NCBI GenBank assembly: GCA_044223005.1
Contig: JBGAML010000001.1
Span: 288,001-352,000, forward strand
Direction of reading: 5' to 3'
Length of the DNA: 64,000 nt
Source of the DNA: Candidatus Eiseniibacteriota bacterium
Lineage (GTDB): Bacteria > Eisenbacteria > RBG-16-71-46
The first letter of the stretch is position 1, and each line of letters starts with the position of its first letter. The notes beneath the pieces are model-generated. The model searched no databases and had not been told where the DNA came from. It saw only the letters and a list, made by a program, of their open reading frames with translations. The position numbers were made by a program, and so were the translations under genes. Shown in pieces: positions 56,827 through 64,000 of this stretch.

Positions 56827-59262
56827 TCAGTCCGCCGCCGGCCCCGCCCAGTCGGGGTCGCGGGCCTGCACGCCGTCCCAGTCGGGCAGCCGCGCCTCGC
56901 GCGCCAGCGACTCGCGCACCCAGTTGCCGAGCAGCCGCTCGAACCACGGCCCGCGCGGGCGCCCGAACTCGAGCCGCCGGATGCGCTCGCCCGCGGGGAT
57001 GCCCGCGCGCCGGCGCGCCTCCGCGATCGCGTCCTCGAGCCCGCCGATCGAATCCACCAGGCTCCGCTCGCGCGCGTCTTCGCCCATCCACACGCGGCCC
57101 TGCGCCGACTCGCGCACGAGTGCGGGATCGAGCCGCCGGCCCTCGGCGACCTTGCCCACGAACATGTCGTAGCTGCGCGCGATCGCGGAGTCCGCACTCG
57201 CCTGGTCCTGCGGCCGCCAGTCGCGCGAGTACGAGAGCGCGCCCATGAAGTCGCCGCGGTCGAACGACTGCTGGCGCACCTTGAGCTTCGCGTACAGGCC
57301 CTCGAACGACGGCTTCACGGTGAGCACGCCGATCGAACCGGTGCGCGTGAAGCGGTCGGCGTAGATCACGTCGCCGTGGCAGGCGATGTAGTAGCCGCCG
57401 CTGCCCGCGACCGAGCCCATCGACACGACGAGCGGCTTGTGTGTGCGGCCCTTCCAGCGCTGGACCGCGTGGTCGATCAGGTTCGACGCGAGCGCGTCGC
57501 CGCCGGGACTCTCGACGCGCAGCACCACGGCCTTCACGCCGGGCGCGCGAAACGCGCGTTCGATCTGCGCCGACATCGTCACGTCGCCCATGTACGGGCC
57601 TTCGAGCAGGTCGCTGCCGCTGCGCCCGCGGCCGATGCCGCCGCCGGCCCACACCACCGCGATGCGCGCGGGCACGGTCCACGCGCGCTGCGCCGCGCGC
57701 GCCCGTGCGAGGTTCACGGTGCGCGGCGTGGCGCCGAGCCTGGTCATGCGGCCGAGCGCGGCGAGCGCGTCCTCGCGGTAGCCGATCGAATCGAGGATCC
57801 CGCCGCGCACGAGATCGGCGGGCGGCCACGCGCGGCCGTCGAGGAACGTCGCGAGCCGTTCGGGCGCGATGTGCCGCCCGGCGCTCACCGCGTCCACGAA
57901 CAGCTGCTGGCGCTGGTCGAGCTCGTGCTGCGTCGCGAGGCTGTCGGCGGGCGGCATCGAGTCGACGCTGAACTGCCGGTACGCGGACTTGAACCGGCCG
58001 ATGCTCGAACGCTCCACCTTCACGCCGAGGTTCGCGAGCGCCTGCCGCCAGTAGCGGCGCTCCGAGCGCAGCCCGAGGCCCATGAAATCGGCCTCCTCGC
58101 TCGCCATCACGCGGTCGCACGCGCTCGCGAGGTACAGGTCGCCGCGGCCGCCGCCGTACTCCATGTACGCGAGCACGGGCTTGCCGGCCGCACGCAGCCG
58201 CTCGATCCGCGGACGCAGCTCCTCGAGCTGCGCCATGTTGCCCGCGCCGCGCAGGTCGAGCAGTACGCCGCGCGTCAGCGGGTCCTCGAGCGCGCGCTCG
58301 AGCTGGCGATGGATCGGGCCCGCGGCCACCGTGGCCGGTCCGCCCATCAGCGACGTGCCGCCCATGGCTTCGTCGGCGAGCACGCCGCCCACCCGCACCA
58401 CGGCGACGCGGCGGTCGCCGCGGCCGGCGAACACCGTGCGCTCCTCGCCGCCGTGCAGCGAGACCGCGTACGTCTGGTACAGCGTGCGGCCGTCCTCGGC
58501 CGCATGCCCGGCGTGCACGCTCGCACCCACGCCGCGCAGCGTGATCCCGAGGCGCACGTTGCGATGGTCCGCCACGGTGCCGCGCAACAGCAGCCCCGGC
58601 ACGGGCTCGAGCTCGCCGGCCACGCGCACGCGCGCCTGGCGCCAGTCGCCGTCGTCGACGAGCGTCACGTCGCCCGAGAGCGTGAAGCGCGTACCGAGCG
58701 TCCACGCGTGCTCGCGCGACATCGCGAACGGCCGCCAGCCGGCGCCGAGCGTGTAGTGCCGCGCGCGGCGCTGGCCGCGGAAGATGGGCTGCTCGAGATG
58801 GTCGATCGTGCCGCCCAGCGACAGCCACGGCGCGGGCCGCGAGAGCAGCCCGATGCGATGGTCGCCGTCCACCTCGCGCGAGGGCCGTCCCGACGCGAGC
58901 CAGTACGGGCTCCAGCCGAAGCGCAGCTTCTCGCTCCCGAACGCGAACGCGAGCCCGTACGTCTGCGACGTGTCGCGCTGCCGCAGCGCGTAGAAACCCA
59001 TGCCGCCGCGCGAGGCGAGGAACGTGTTCCACTCGTGGTGCGGGTCGAAGCGCGCGAACCCGACGGTCGTCTCCCACGGATAGCGCACGCCGACACCGGC
59101 GGGATCGAACAGCATCGCGCGCGCGTCGTCGGTGGTGGCGACGCTCTCGTCGTCCTCGATCGCGAGCGGCAGCGGCGGGGTGAGCGAGGTGGCGAACGCG
59201 GGCGCGAGCCCGGACAGCACGAGCGCGGCCGCGAGGGCGAGCCGCAGCGGGAGGCGACGCAT
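56827..59262 (-). CDS. sppA: Signal peptide peptidase SppA (two S49 domains) fused to an N-terminal beta-rich/barrel-like domain
   Basis: GRFKSA (Lys); LRVESPGG; SMGSVAGSGGYY (Ser); TGSIGV; QGRVWMG. Confidence 0.9.
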   Translation of the reverse strand: MRRLPLRLALAAALVLSGLAPAFATSLTPPLPLAIEDDESVATTDDARAMLFDPAGVGVRYPWETTVGFARFDPHHEWNTFLASRGGMGFYALRQRDTSQTYGLAFAFGSEKLRFGWSPYWLASGRPSREVDGDHRIGLLSRPAPWLSLGGTIDHLEQPIFRGQRRARHYTLGAGWRPFAMSREHAWTLGTRFTLSGDVTLVDDGDWRQARVRVAGELEPVPGLLLRGTVADHRNVRLGITLRGVGASVHAGHAAEDGRTLYQTYAVSLHGGEERTVFAGRGDRRVAVVRVGGVLADEAMGGTSLMGGPATVAAGPIHRQLERALEDPLTRGVLLDLRGAGNMAQLEELRPRIERLRAAGKPVLAYMEYGGGRGDLYLASACDRVMASEEADFMGLGLRSERRYWRQALANLGVKVERSSIGRFKSAYRQFSVDSMPPADSLATQHELDQRQQLFVDAVSAGRHIAPERLATFLDGRAWPPADLVRGGILDSIGYREDALAALGRMTRLGATPRTVNLARARAAQRAWTVPARIAVVWAGGGIGRGRSGSDLLEGPYMGDVTMSAQIERAFRAPGVKAVVLRVESPGGDALASNLIDHAVQRWKGRTHKPLVVSMGSVAGSGGYYIACHGDVIYADRFTRTGSIGVLTVKPSFEGLYAKLKVRQQSFDRGDFMGALSYSRDWRPQDQASADSAIARSYDMFVGKVAEGRRLDPALVRESAQGRVWMGEDARERSLVDSIGGLEDAIAEARRRAGIPAGERIRRLEFGRPRGPWFERLLGNWVRESLAREARLPDWDGVQARDPDWAGPAAD

Positions 59263-59273
59263 CGAGGGAACCC

Positions 59274-60143
59274 CTACTGGGACAGCGTGACCCCGACCCG
59301 GGGACAGTGCGGTGCGAGCGGACACGTGGAGCAGTGGGGCTTGCGGGCGTTGCAGACGGCGCGGCCGTGCAGGATCAGCCAGTGCGAGAAGAGCGTCCAG
59401 TCCTCCTGCGGCACCAGCGGCTGCAGCGCGAACTCCACCTTCACCGGATCGGTTTCGCGCGTGAGCCCGAGCCGCACGGCGAGCCGGCCGACGTGCGTAT
59501 CGACCACGATGCCCGAGGCGATGCCGTACGCGTTCCCGAGCACGACGTTCGCGGTCTTGCGCCCGACGCCGCGCAGCGCGGTGAGCGCCTCGAGCGTGCG
59601 CGGCACCTCGCCGCCGTGGCGCGCGACGATGTCGGCGCACGCCTCGCGGATCGACTTGGCTTTCTGGCGGAAGAACCCGGTCGAATGGATCGCGTCCTCG
59701 AGCGCACCGGGATCGGCGTTCGCGAGCGCGCGCGCGTCGGGCCACGTCGCGAACAGCTGCGGCGTGACCATGTTGACGCGCTCGTCGGTGCACTGCGCCG
59801 ACAGGATCGTGGCGATCAGCAGCTGGAGCGGGGTCTTGAAGTTGAGCGCGCAGCGCGCGTCCGGGTAGCTCTCGCGCAGCTGCTCGAGCAGCGCCCTCAC
59901 GCGCACCGGATCGGGAGCGACCGCGCGCTTCGCCGGCCGGGTCGCCACCGGCCGGCGCTTGGCGGCGGTCGCGCGCGCCGCCTTCTTCTTCGCGGCCGCC
60001 GCCGGGCGCGCGCCCTTCAGCGCGTGCTCGGCGCGGGCCGCTCGCGTGCGCGACTGGCCCGGCGCCGAACGCACGCGCGGCGAAGCCGGAACGCGTGGCG
60101 TGGCGCCGGCCTTGCGGCGCGAGCGGGGCGACTTGCGGGGCAT
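59274..60143 (-). CDS. nth: Endonuclease III with basic N-terminal extension
   Basis: LLIATILSAQCTD; LRGVGRKTANVVL; VDTHV; CNARKPHCSTCPLAPHC (4Fe-4S). Confidence 0.95.
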   Translation of the reverse strand: MPRKSPRSRRKAGATPRVPASPRVRSAPGQSRTRAARAEHALKGARPAAAAKKKAARATAAKRRPVATRPAKRAVAPDPVRVRALLEQLRESYPDARCALNFKTPLQLLIATILSAQCTDERVNMVTPQLFATWPDARALANADPGALEDAIHSTGFFRQKAKSIREACADIVARHGGEVPRTLEALTALRGVGRKTANVVLGNAYGIASGIVVDTHVGRLAVRLGLTRETDPVKVEFALQPLVPQEDWTLFSHWLILHGRAVCNARKPHCSTCPLAPHCPRVGVTLSQ

Positions 60144-60163
60144 CGGGGGTCCTTTCGCCTCGG

Positions 60164-60760
60164 CTACTGCTGCGTCGGGGCGGCCGGAGCCGGCGGGGTC
60201 ATGCCGATCGACGTCATCGCGTCGCCGACGGCCTTCGAGACCTCGCCACCCTTGGCCACGGCTTCGGCGTAGTTGCCGGCCTGGAACGCGCTCTGCGCCT
60301 CGCCCCACGTGGTGGTGATCGTCGCGAGCGAGCTCTTGGCGGCGTCGAGCTTGGCGGCGTCGATGCCGGCGGGGAGCTTCTTCATCTTGGCGAGCTTCTC
60401 GACCTGGGCCTTGAGCGCGTCGACCGACTGGGGCAGGTCCTTCATGTTGTCCCACGCGGCCGTCAGCTCCTGCTGCTTCGCGGCGAGACCATCGGCCAGT
60501 TCCTTCACGCGGCCGGGAATCGCCTTCGCCGAGTCCATCGCCGCCTGGAAGTTGCCGGCGGTGACGTTGGCCTTGGCGGCGTCGATCTGGTCCTGGATCG
60601 CCTTCGTCTGCTCGGGCGCGACCTGCATCGCCTTGTCCTTGGTCGCGTCGAACGCGGTCTGCGCGGCCTGGATCGCCATTTCCGCGGCGCCCTTGCCGGC
60701 GCCACAGCCGGCCGCGAACACGGCCGCCACCAGCACCAACAGCACGATTGCGCGCTTCAT
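60164..60760 (-). CDS. Ala/Lys-rich helical lipoprotein
   Basis: MKRAIVLLVLVAAVFAAGC lipobox; two repeats ending AGN(F/Y)..A; GAGGAGG RBS. Confidence 0.8.
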   Translation of the reverse strand: MKRAIVLLVLVAAVFAAGCGAGKGAAEMAIQAAQTAFDATKDKAMQVAPEQTKAIQDQIDAAKANVTAGNFQAAMDSAKAIPGRVKELADGLAAKQQELTAAWDNMKDLPQSVDALKAQVEKLAKMKKLPAGIDAAKLDAAKSSLATITTTWGEAQSAFQAGNYAEAVAKGGEVSKAVGDAMTSIGMTPPAPAAPTQQ

Positions 60761-61008
60761 GCGTGAGTCCTCCTCGTCCGAGTGAGAGGACATGGCGGGG
60801 GCATGTCCCGAATGCGCCGGAAACCGGCGATCGTCGACCGCGGGGGTCGGCCCGTACGCGCAGACGCTAGTCCCGCGCGAGGGCGGCGGCAAACGCCGCC
60901 GCGCGCCCGCGCGGGGCGCGGCTCCGCGGTACTCGGGCGAAACGTCGCGCCCCGCGGCCGTGAGGCCGCGGGGCGCCGAGGGCATGTGCGAGGAAACCGA
61001 CCCGGTCC

Positions 61009-61848
61009 TCAGAATCCCCACGACATGCCGAGTCGCATGCCCACGCCGTTCGCCTTGACGGTCTCGCGATAGGTGCCGCCGAGCATGTCGTCGGTGACGT
61101 CGCGGCCGAGCTCGGCCGTGTTCACGAACAGCTCGCCGTTGACGCGCGCGCGGCCCGACAGCGGGAACGCGGCGCCGCCCCAGACCTGCCAGCCCCAGCC
61201 GCCGTAGGTGGCGTCGAAGCTCGCGCCGGTCTGGTAGTCGTCGGCGGTGAGGTTCATGACCTCGTAGCCGCCAGCCGCACCGAAGTACGGGATCACCGGC
61301 ATGTTGTCGTCGCCCGAGACCTGCACGAAGCCCATGATCGGGAACAGGTGGATCGAGGCGCGCGAGAGGTCCTGCTTCACGACGATCGGCACGCCGCCGG
61401 GGCCGGTGCTCTCGTGGCTCACCGACGAGGCGTTGTCCGTCTGGTGCGACCAATCGACGCCGACACCCAGCTGCACGTGCGGATCGACCATCGGGCCGCC
61501 GCGGATGCCGAGCAGGAACTCGCGGCTCGCGTCACCCTCGGGATCGAAGAAGCCGAGGTGGATCTGGCTCACGCTCTGGGAGTCGACGGGCCGGCCCCAG
61601 CCGCCGGAACGGCGCGGACGGTAGTGGACGCCGGCCACCTGGATGTCGGGCGCGGTCATGTGGACGATTTCGAGCGACGGCTCGGCCGCGGCGGCGGGCA
61701 TCACGACCGGCAGCGCCGAGACTTCGAGCCCGGCCACGGGCAAGGTGAACGCCGAGGGTGCCGGAACGCCCGCCTCGGCGTGCGCGAGCACGGGCAGGAC
61801 CGTGAGCAGGGCCGCGACTGCGGTGTTGCGAATGACCAGGGTGTTCAT
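61009..61848 (-). CDS. Outer-membrane beta-barrel protein
   Basis: AGGAGG RBS; signal peptide; IPYFGAAGGY; C-terminal GMRLGMSWGF. Confidence 0.8.
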   Translation of the reverse strand: MNTLVIRNTAVAALLTVLPVLAHAEAGVPAPSAFTLPVAGLEVSALPVVMPAAAAEPSLEIVHMTAPDIQVAGVHYRPRRSGGWGRPVDSQSVSQIHLGFFDPEGDASREFLLGIRGGPMVDPHVQLGVGVDWSHQTDNASSVSHESTGPGGVPIVVKQDLSRASIHLFPIMGFVQVSGDDNMPVIPYFGAAGGYEVMNLTADDYQTGASFDATYGGWGWQVWGGAAFPLSGRARVNGELFVNTAELGRDVTDDMLGGTYRETVKANGVGMRLGMSWGF

Positions 61849-61905
61849 TTCGATCCTCCTTGCCGGCGTCGGGGTCGTGCCGGGCGATCGTTCCACCGTC
61901 CTTGT

Positions 61906-61921
61906 TGGCACGCGGCGTGCC
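61906..61921 (-). promoter_or_regulatory. Possible sigma-54 promoter
   Basis: Minus strand GGCAC-GCCGC-GTGC about 60 nt upstream of the OMP start; near-palindromic. Confidence 0.35.
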
Positions 61922-62031
61922 GAAGCGATCGCAGATGCAACCCGACGATCGAAGCGGGCGTAACGCTAACGCATTTCTTCCCATGCGGGAGCGGCCGGCC
62001 GGTCATCGCGTTGCCAAATCCGGCCGGGCTG

Positions 62032-62060
62032 TTGCGACCGCGCCGCACCCTGAGTAGCGT
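62032..62060 (+). promoter_or_regulatory. Putative sigma-70 promoter
   Basis: TTGCGA-N17-TAGCGT. Confidence 0.45.
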
Positions 62061-62081
62061 CGACCACACCTCTACCCCCTA

Positions 62082-62355
62082 AGGTTCTGTCTGTGAATAC
62101 CCCGCGGCGCCGCGAGGCCGAGAATGGCCGCCGCGCAAGGAACGAGGAGGAGATACGTGCCAAGCACACGATCGACGACGAGTGACGCCGCCCGGCGGCC
62201 ATTCTCGGCCTCGCCCTTCGGGTTGCGGGAGGCGACAGGGCGTTCGCAGCGTCACGGCTCCTCGACAGGGGTCGAACCCTCGTCTCGTCGCCATTCCTTG
62301 CGACCGCCCTGTCGGCTCCCGCAACGGCGCCGCGCGGTATTCACAGACAGAACCT
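62082..62355. mobile_element. MITE-like non-coding element with 31-bp terminal inverted repeats and two internal hairpin modules
   Basis: AGGTTCTGTCTGTGAATACCCCGCGGCGCCG (62082-62112) matches the reverse complement of 62325-62355 at 30/31. Internal stems 62112-62133/62193-62214 (22/22) and 62222-62248/62299-62325 (25/27). Confidence 0.8.
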
Positions 62356-62363
62356 GAGCGCCC

Positions 62364-63239
62364 ATGCCCCTTTCGACTCGGCCGTTCGCCCTTTCGTTGC
62401 TCGCCGCGGCGCTCGCCGCCGCTCCCGCGACCGCCGCGACCGCCCCAGGCGGACCGGCCGTGGCGGTCGAGGACACGATGCACACCGAGGTCGCGCCGGT
62501 GCTCGTGCACGCGCCGCGCGTCACGCTCGACGAGATCCTCGACCGCGTCGCGCGCGGTGAGGCGCATCGCGACTCGATGATTCGCGATCGCAGCTTCCTC
62601 GTCACGATCCGCGTGGTCGGCCACGCGGGCGCCGGCAATGCCGAGCTGCTCGAGGAGCGCGTCGCGCAGGTGTGGCAGAAGCGTCCCGGCATGCGGCGGC
62701 AGGTCGAGCTGCGCCACTGGATGAAGCACCCGCCCAAGAAGGACGACTCCGAACGCGGGATCCGCGTCGAGGTGGGCAGCGGCGATCCCGACGGCATGAC
62801 CGAGGAGATCGTGAACTTCGCGTTCCAGCCGAACGCACGGCGCGACTACACGTACAAGATCGTCGGGCGCCAGCTGCTGGGCGACCACCTGATCTACCGC
62901 ATCGAGTTCGCGCCGCGTTCGCCGCTGGCGCTCGACCTGCCGGGCGGCACGGTGTGGGTCGACACGCGCGATTTCGTGATCGTGCGCCAGGAGATCACGT
63001 TCCGGCAGTCGCCCATCCCGCTCTTCCTGCGCGGCATCAAGCGCATGGTGGTCGAGCGTGAGCACGTGGGCGACCTGTGGGTGCTGTCGCGGATTCTCGC
63101 CCGCATCGAGACCACGATCCCGGTCCCGCGCTTCGGCAAGAGCTTCGATCTCGGCATCCAGTTCTCGGAGTACAAGGTGAACACGGGCCTGCCGGATTCG
63201 CTGTTCGCGGCGCCGAAGTCCGCGCGAGGTGCGAAGTGA
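62364..63239 (+). CDS. Secreted protein, LolA-like/DUF5686 N-terminal-like domain
   Basis: Signal peptide; ARRDYTYKIVG..IYRIEFAPR..GTVWVDTRDFVIVR; FSEYKVNTGLPDSLF. Confidence 0.75.
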   Translation: MPLSTRPFALSLLAAALAAAPATAATAPGGPAVAVEDTMHTEVAPVLVHAPRVTLDEILDRVARGEAHRDSMIRDRSFLVTIRVVGHAGAGNAELLEERVAQVWQKRPGMRRQVELRHWMKHPPKKDDSERGIRVEVGSGDPDGMTEEIVNFAFQPNARRDYTYKIVGRQLLGDHLIYRIEFAPRSPLALDLPGGTVWVDTRDFVIVRQEITFRQSPIPLFLRGIKRMVVEREHVGDLWVLSRILARIETTIPVPRFGKSFDLGIQFSEYKVNTGLPDSLFAAPKSARGAK

Positions 63240-64000
63240 GCGCCCGGGCGGTGTTCCTCGCGGCCGGCGCGGCGCTCGCGCTGGCACTGGCCGGCGGCGC
63301 GATCGACGCGCTCGCGCAGGTCGCGCCGGCGGACACGACCGTCGAGGACTACGTGCGCTCGATGGCCGATTCCACCGACGCGTGGTTCGGCATCAGCGCG
63401 CAGGCGTCCGACACGACCGGGCTCGACAGCCTGCGCGCGTGGGCGGTCGAGCATCCCGGCAAGACGCTGCGCTCGCGCGGCGGCACGCTGTCGCTGGCGC
63501 CACTGCTCGGCTTCAATCGCGCGGTCGGAGGCGCGATGGGCGCCGAGGCAGGCATCGGCCGCTCGCGGCGCTGGGGCCGCGTGGAGGCGGGCGCCCAGTG
63601 GGCCAACGGGCCGGGCCTGTGGTTCGGCAGCGGCGTGTACACGCGACGCTGGAACCCGCGCGCGGGCGAGGATCCGGACGAGAACGGCTCCACGCTCGCA
63701 CTGCGCGCGCACCGCGCGTTCGAGGGGCTCGACCGCGACTACTTCGATCCGGTGCTGAGCTCGACGGCCGCGTTCGTGTTCGGCACCGACCGCAGCCACT
63801 ACCTGCGGCGCGACGGCGTGCGCGGCGCGATCGACCTGCGCCGTCCGGCGGGCTGGATCCGGCTCGGCGGCCGCGTCGAGCGCGAATCGCCGCTCGTCAC
63901 CACCGCGACGTGGAATCTCTTCTCGCGCACGCCGGTCGTGGTGCGCAACGACGCCGCGGCCGAAGGGCGCGTGCGCGAGGCCGACCTGGACGTCGGCGCC
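63236..64000 (+). CDS. Outer-membrane barrel protein, DUF5686 C-terminal-like (partial, runs off window)
   Basis: Translated by hand from a GTG overlapping the upstream stop: signal peptide, LGFNRAVG, AFVFGTDRSHYLRRDG, TWNLF; open to the window end. Confidence 0.65.
   Translation, partial: MSARAVFLAAGAALALALAGGAIDALAQVAPADTTVEDYVRSMADSTDAWFGISAQASDTTGLDSLRAWAVEHPGKTLRSRGGTLSLAPLLGFNRAVGGAMGAEAGIGRSRRWGRVEAGAQWANGPGLWFGSGVYTRRWNPRAGEDPDENGSTLALRAHRAFEGLDRDYFDPVLSSTAAFVFGTDRSHYLRRDGVRGAIDLRRPAGWIRLGGRVERESPLVTTATWNLFSRTPVVVRNDAAAEGRVREADLDVGA

Noticed and set aside
62079..62363. ORFs crossing the MITE-like element (62079-63287, 62124-62357, 62182-62580)
   Set aside because: They show no protein motifs and are explained by palindromic DNA and the antisense frame of the 62364 gene.

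Overview
A very GC-rich bacterial chromosome segment from a diderm organism. It has many secreted proteins, lipoproteins and outer-membrane beta-barrels; an FCB-group lineage such as Ca. Eisenbacteria is my inference, not a proven assignment. I can support about 52 CDS. These include a MacA/MacB-type exporter divergent from an OmpR/histidine kinase pair, an L,D-transpeptidase, tldD-pmbA, GT2+WecA, an Eis-like GNAT, an amidase, an ECF sigma/MscS locus, DsbD/YyaL, a YhaO/YhaN (SbcDC-like) nuclease-ATPase pair, a TetR-controlled RND pump, SppA and Nth. Two accessory elements stand out. (1) A visibly AT-richer island (~25.4-29.8 kb) carries a decayed IS3 end and a two-gene operon: an unknown 3-TM protein followed by a 916-aa KAP-family P-loop NTPase with a long unassigned helical C-terminus. 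This is a candidate anti-phage sensor/membrane-effector system. (2) A 274-bp non-coding, MITE-like element (62082-62355) has 31-bp terminal inverted repeats enclosing two homologous hairpin modules, and sits in the probable 5' leader of an outer-membrane operon. I saw no rRNA, tRNA or CRISPR array. All family calls come from motif recognition by eye; no database searches were run.
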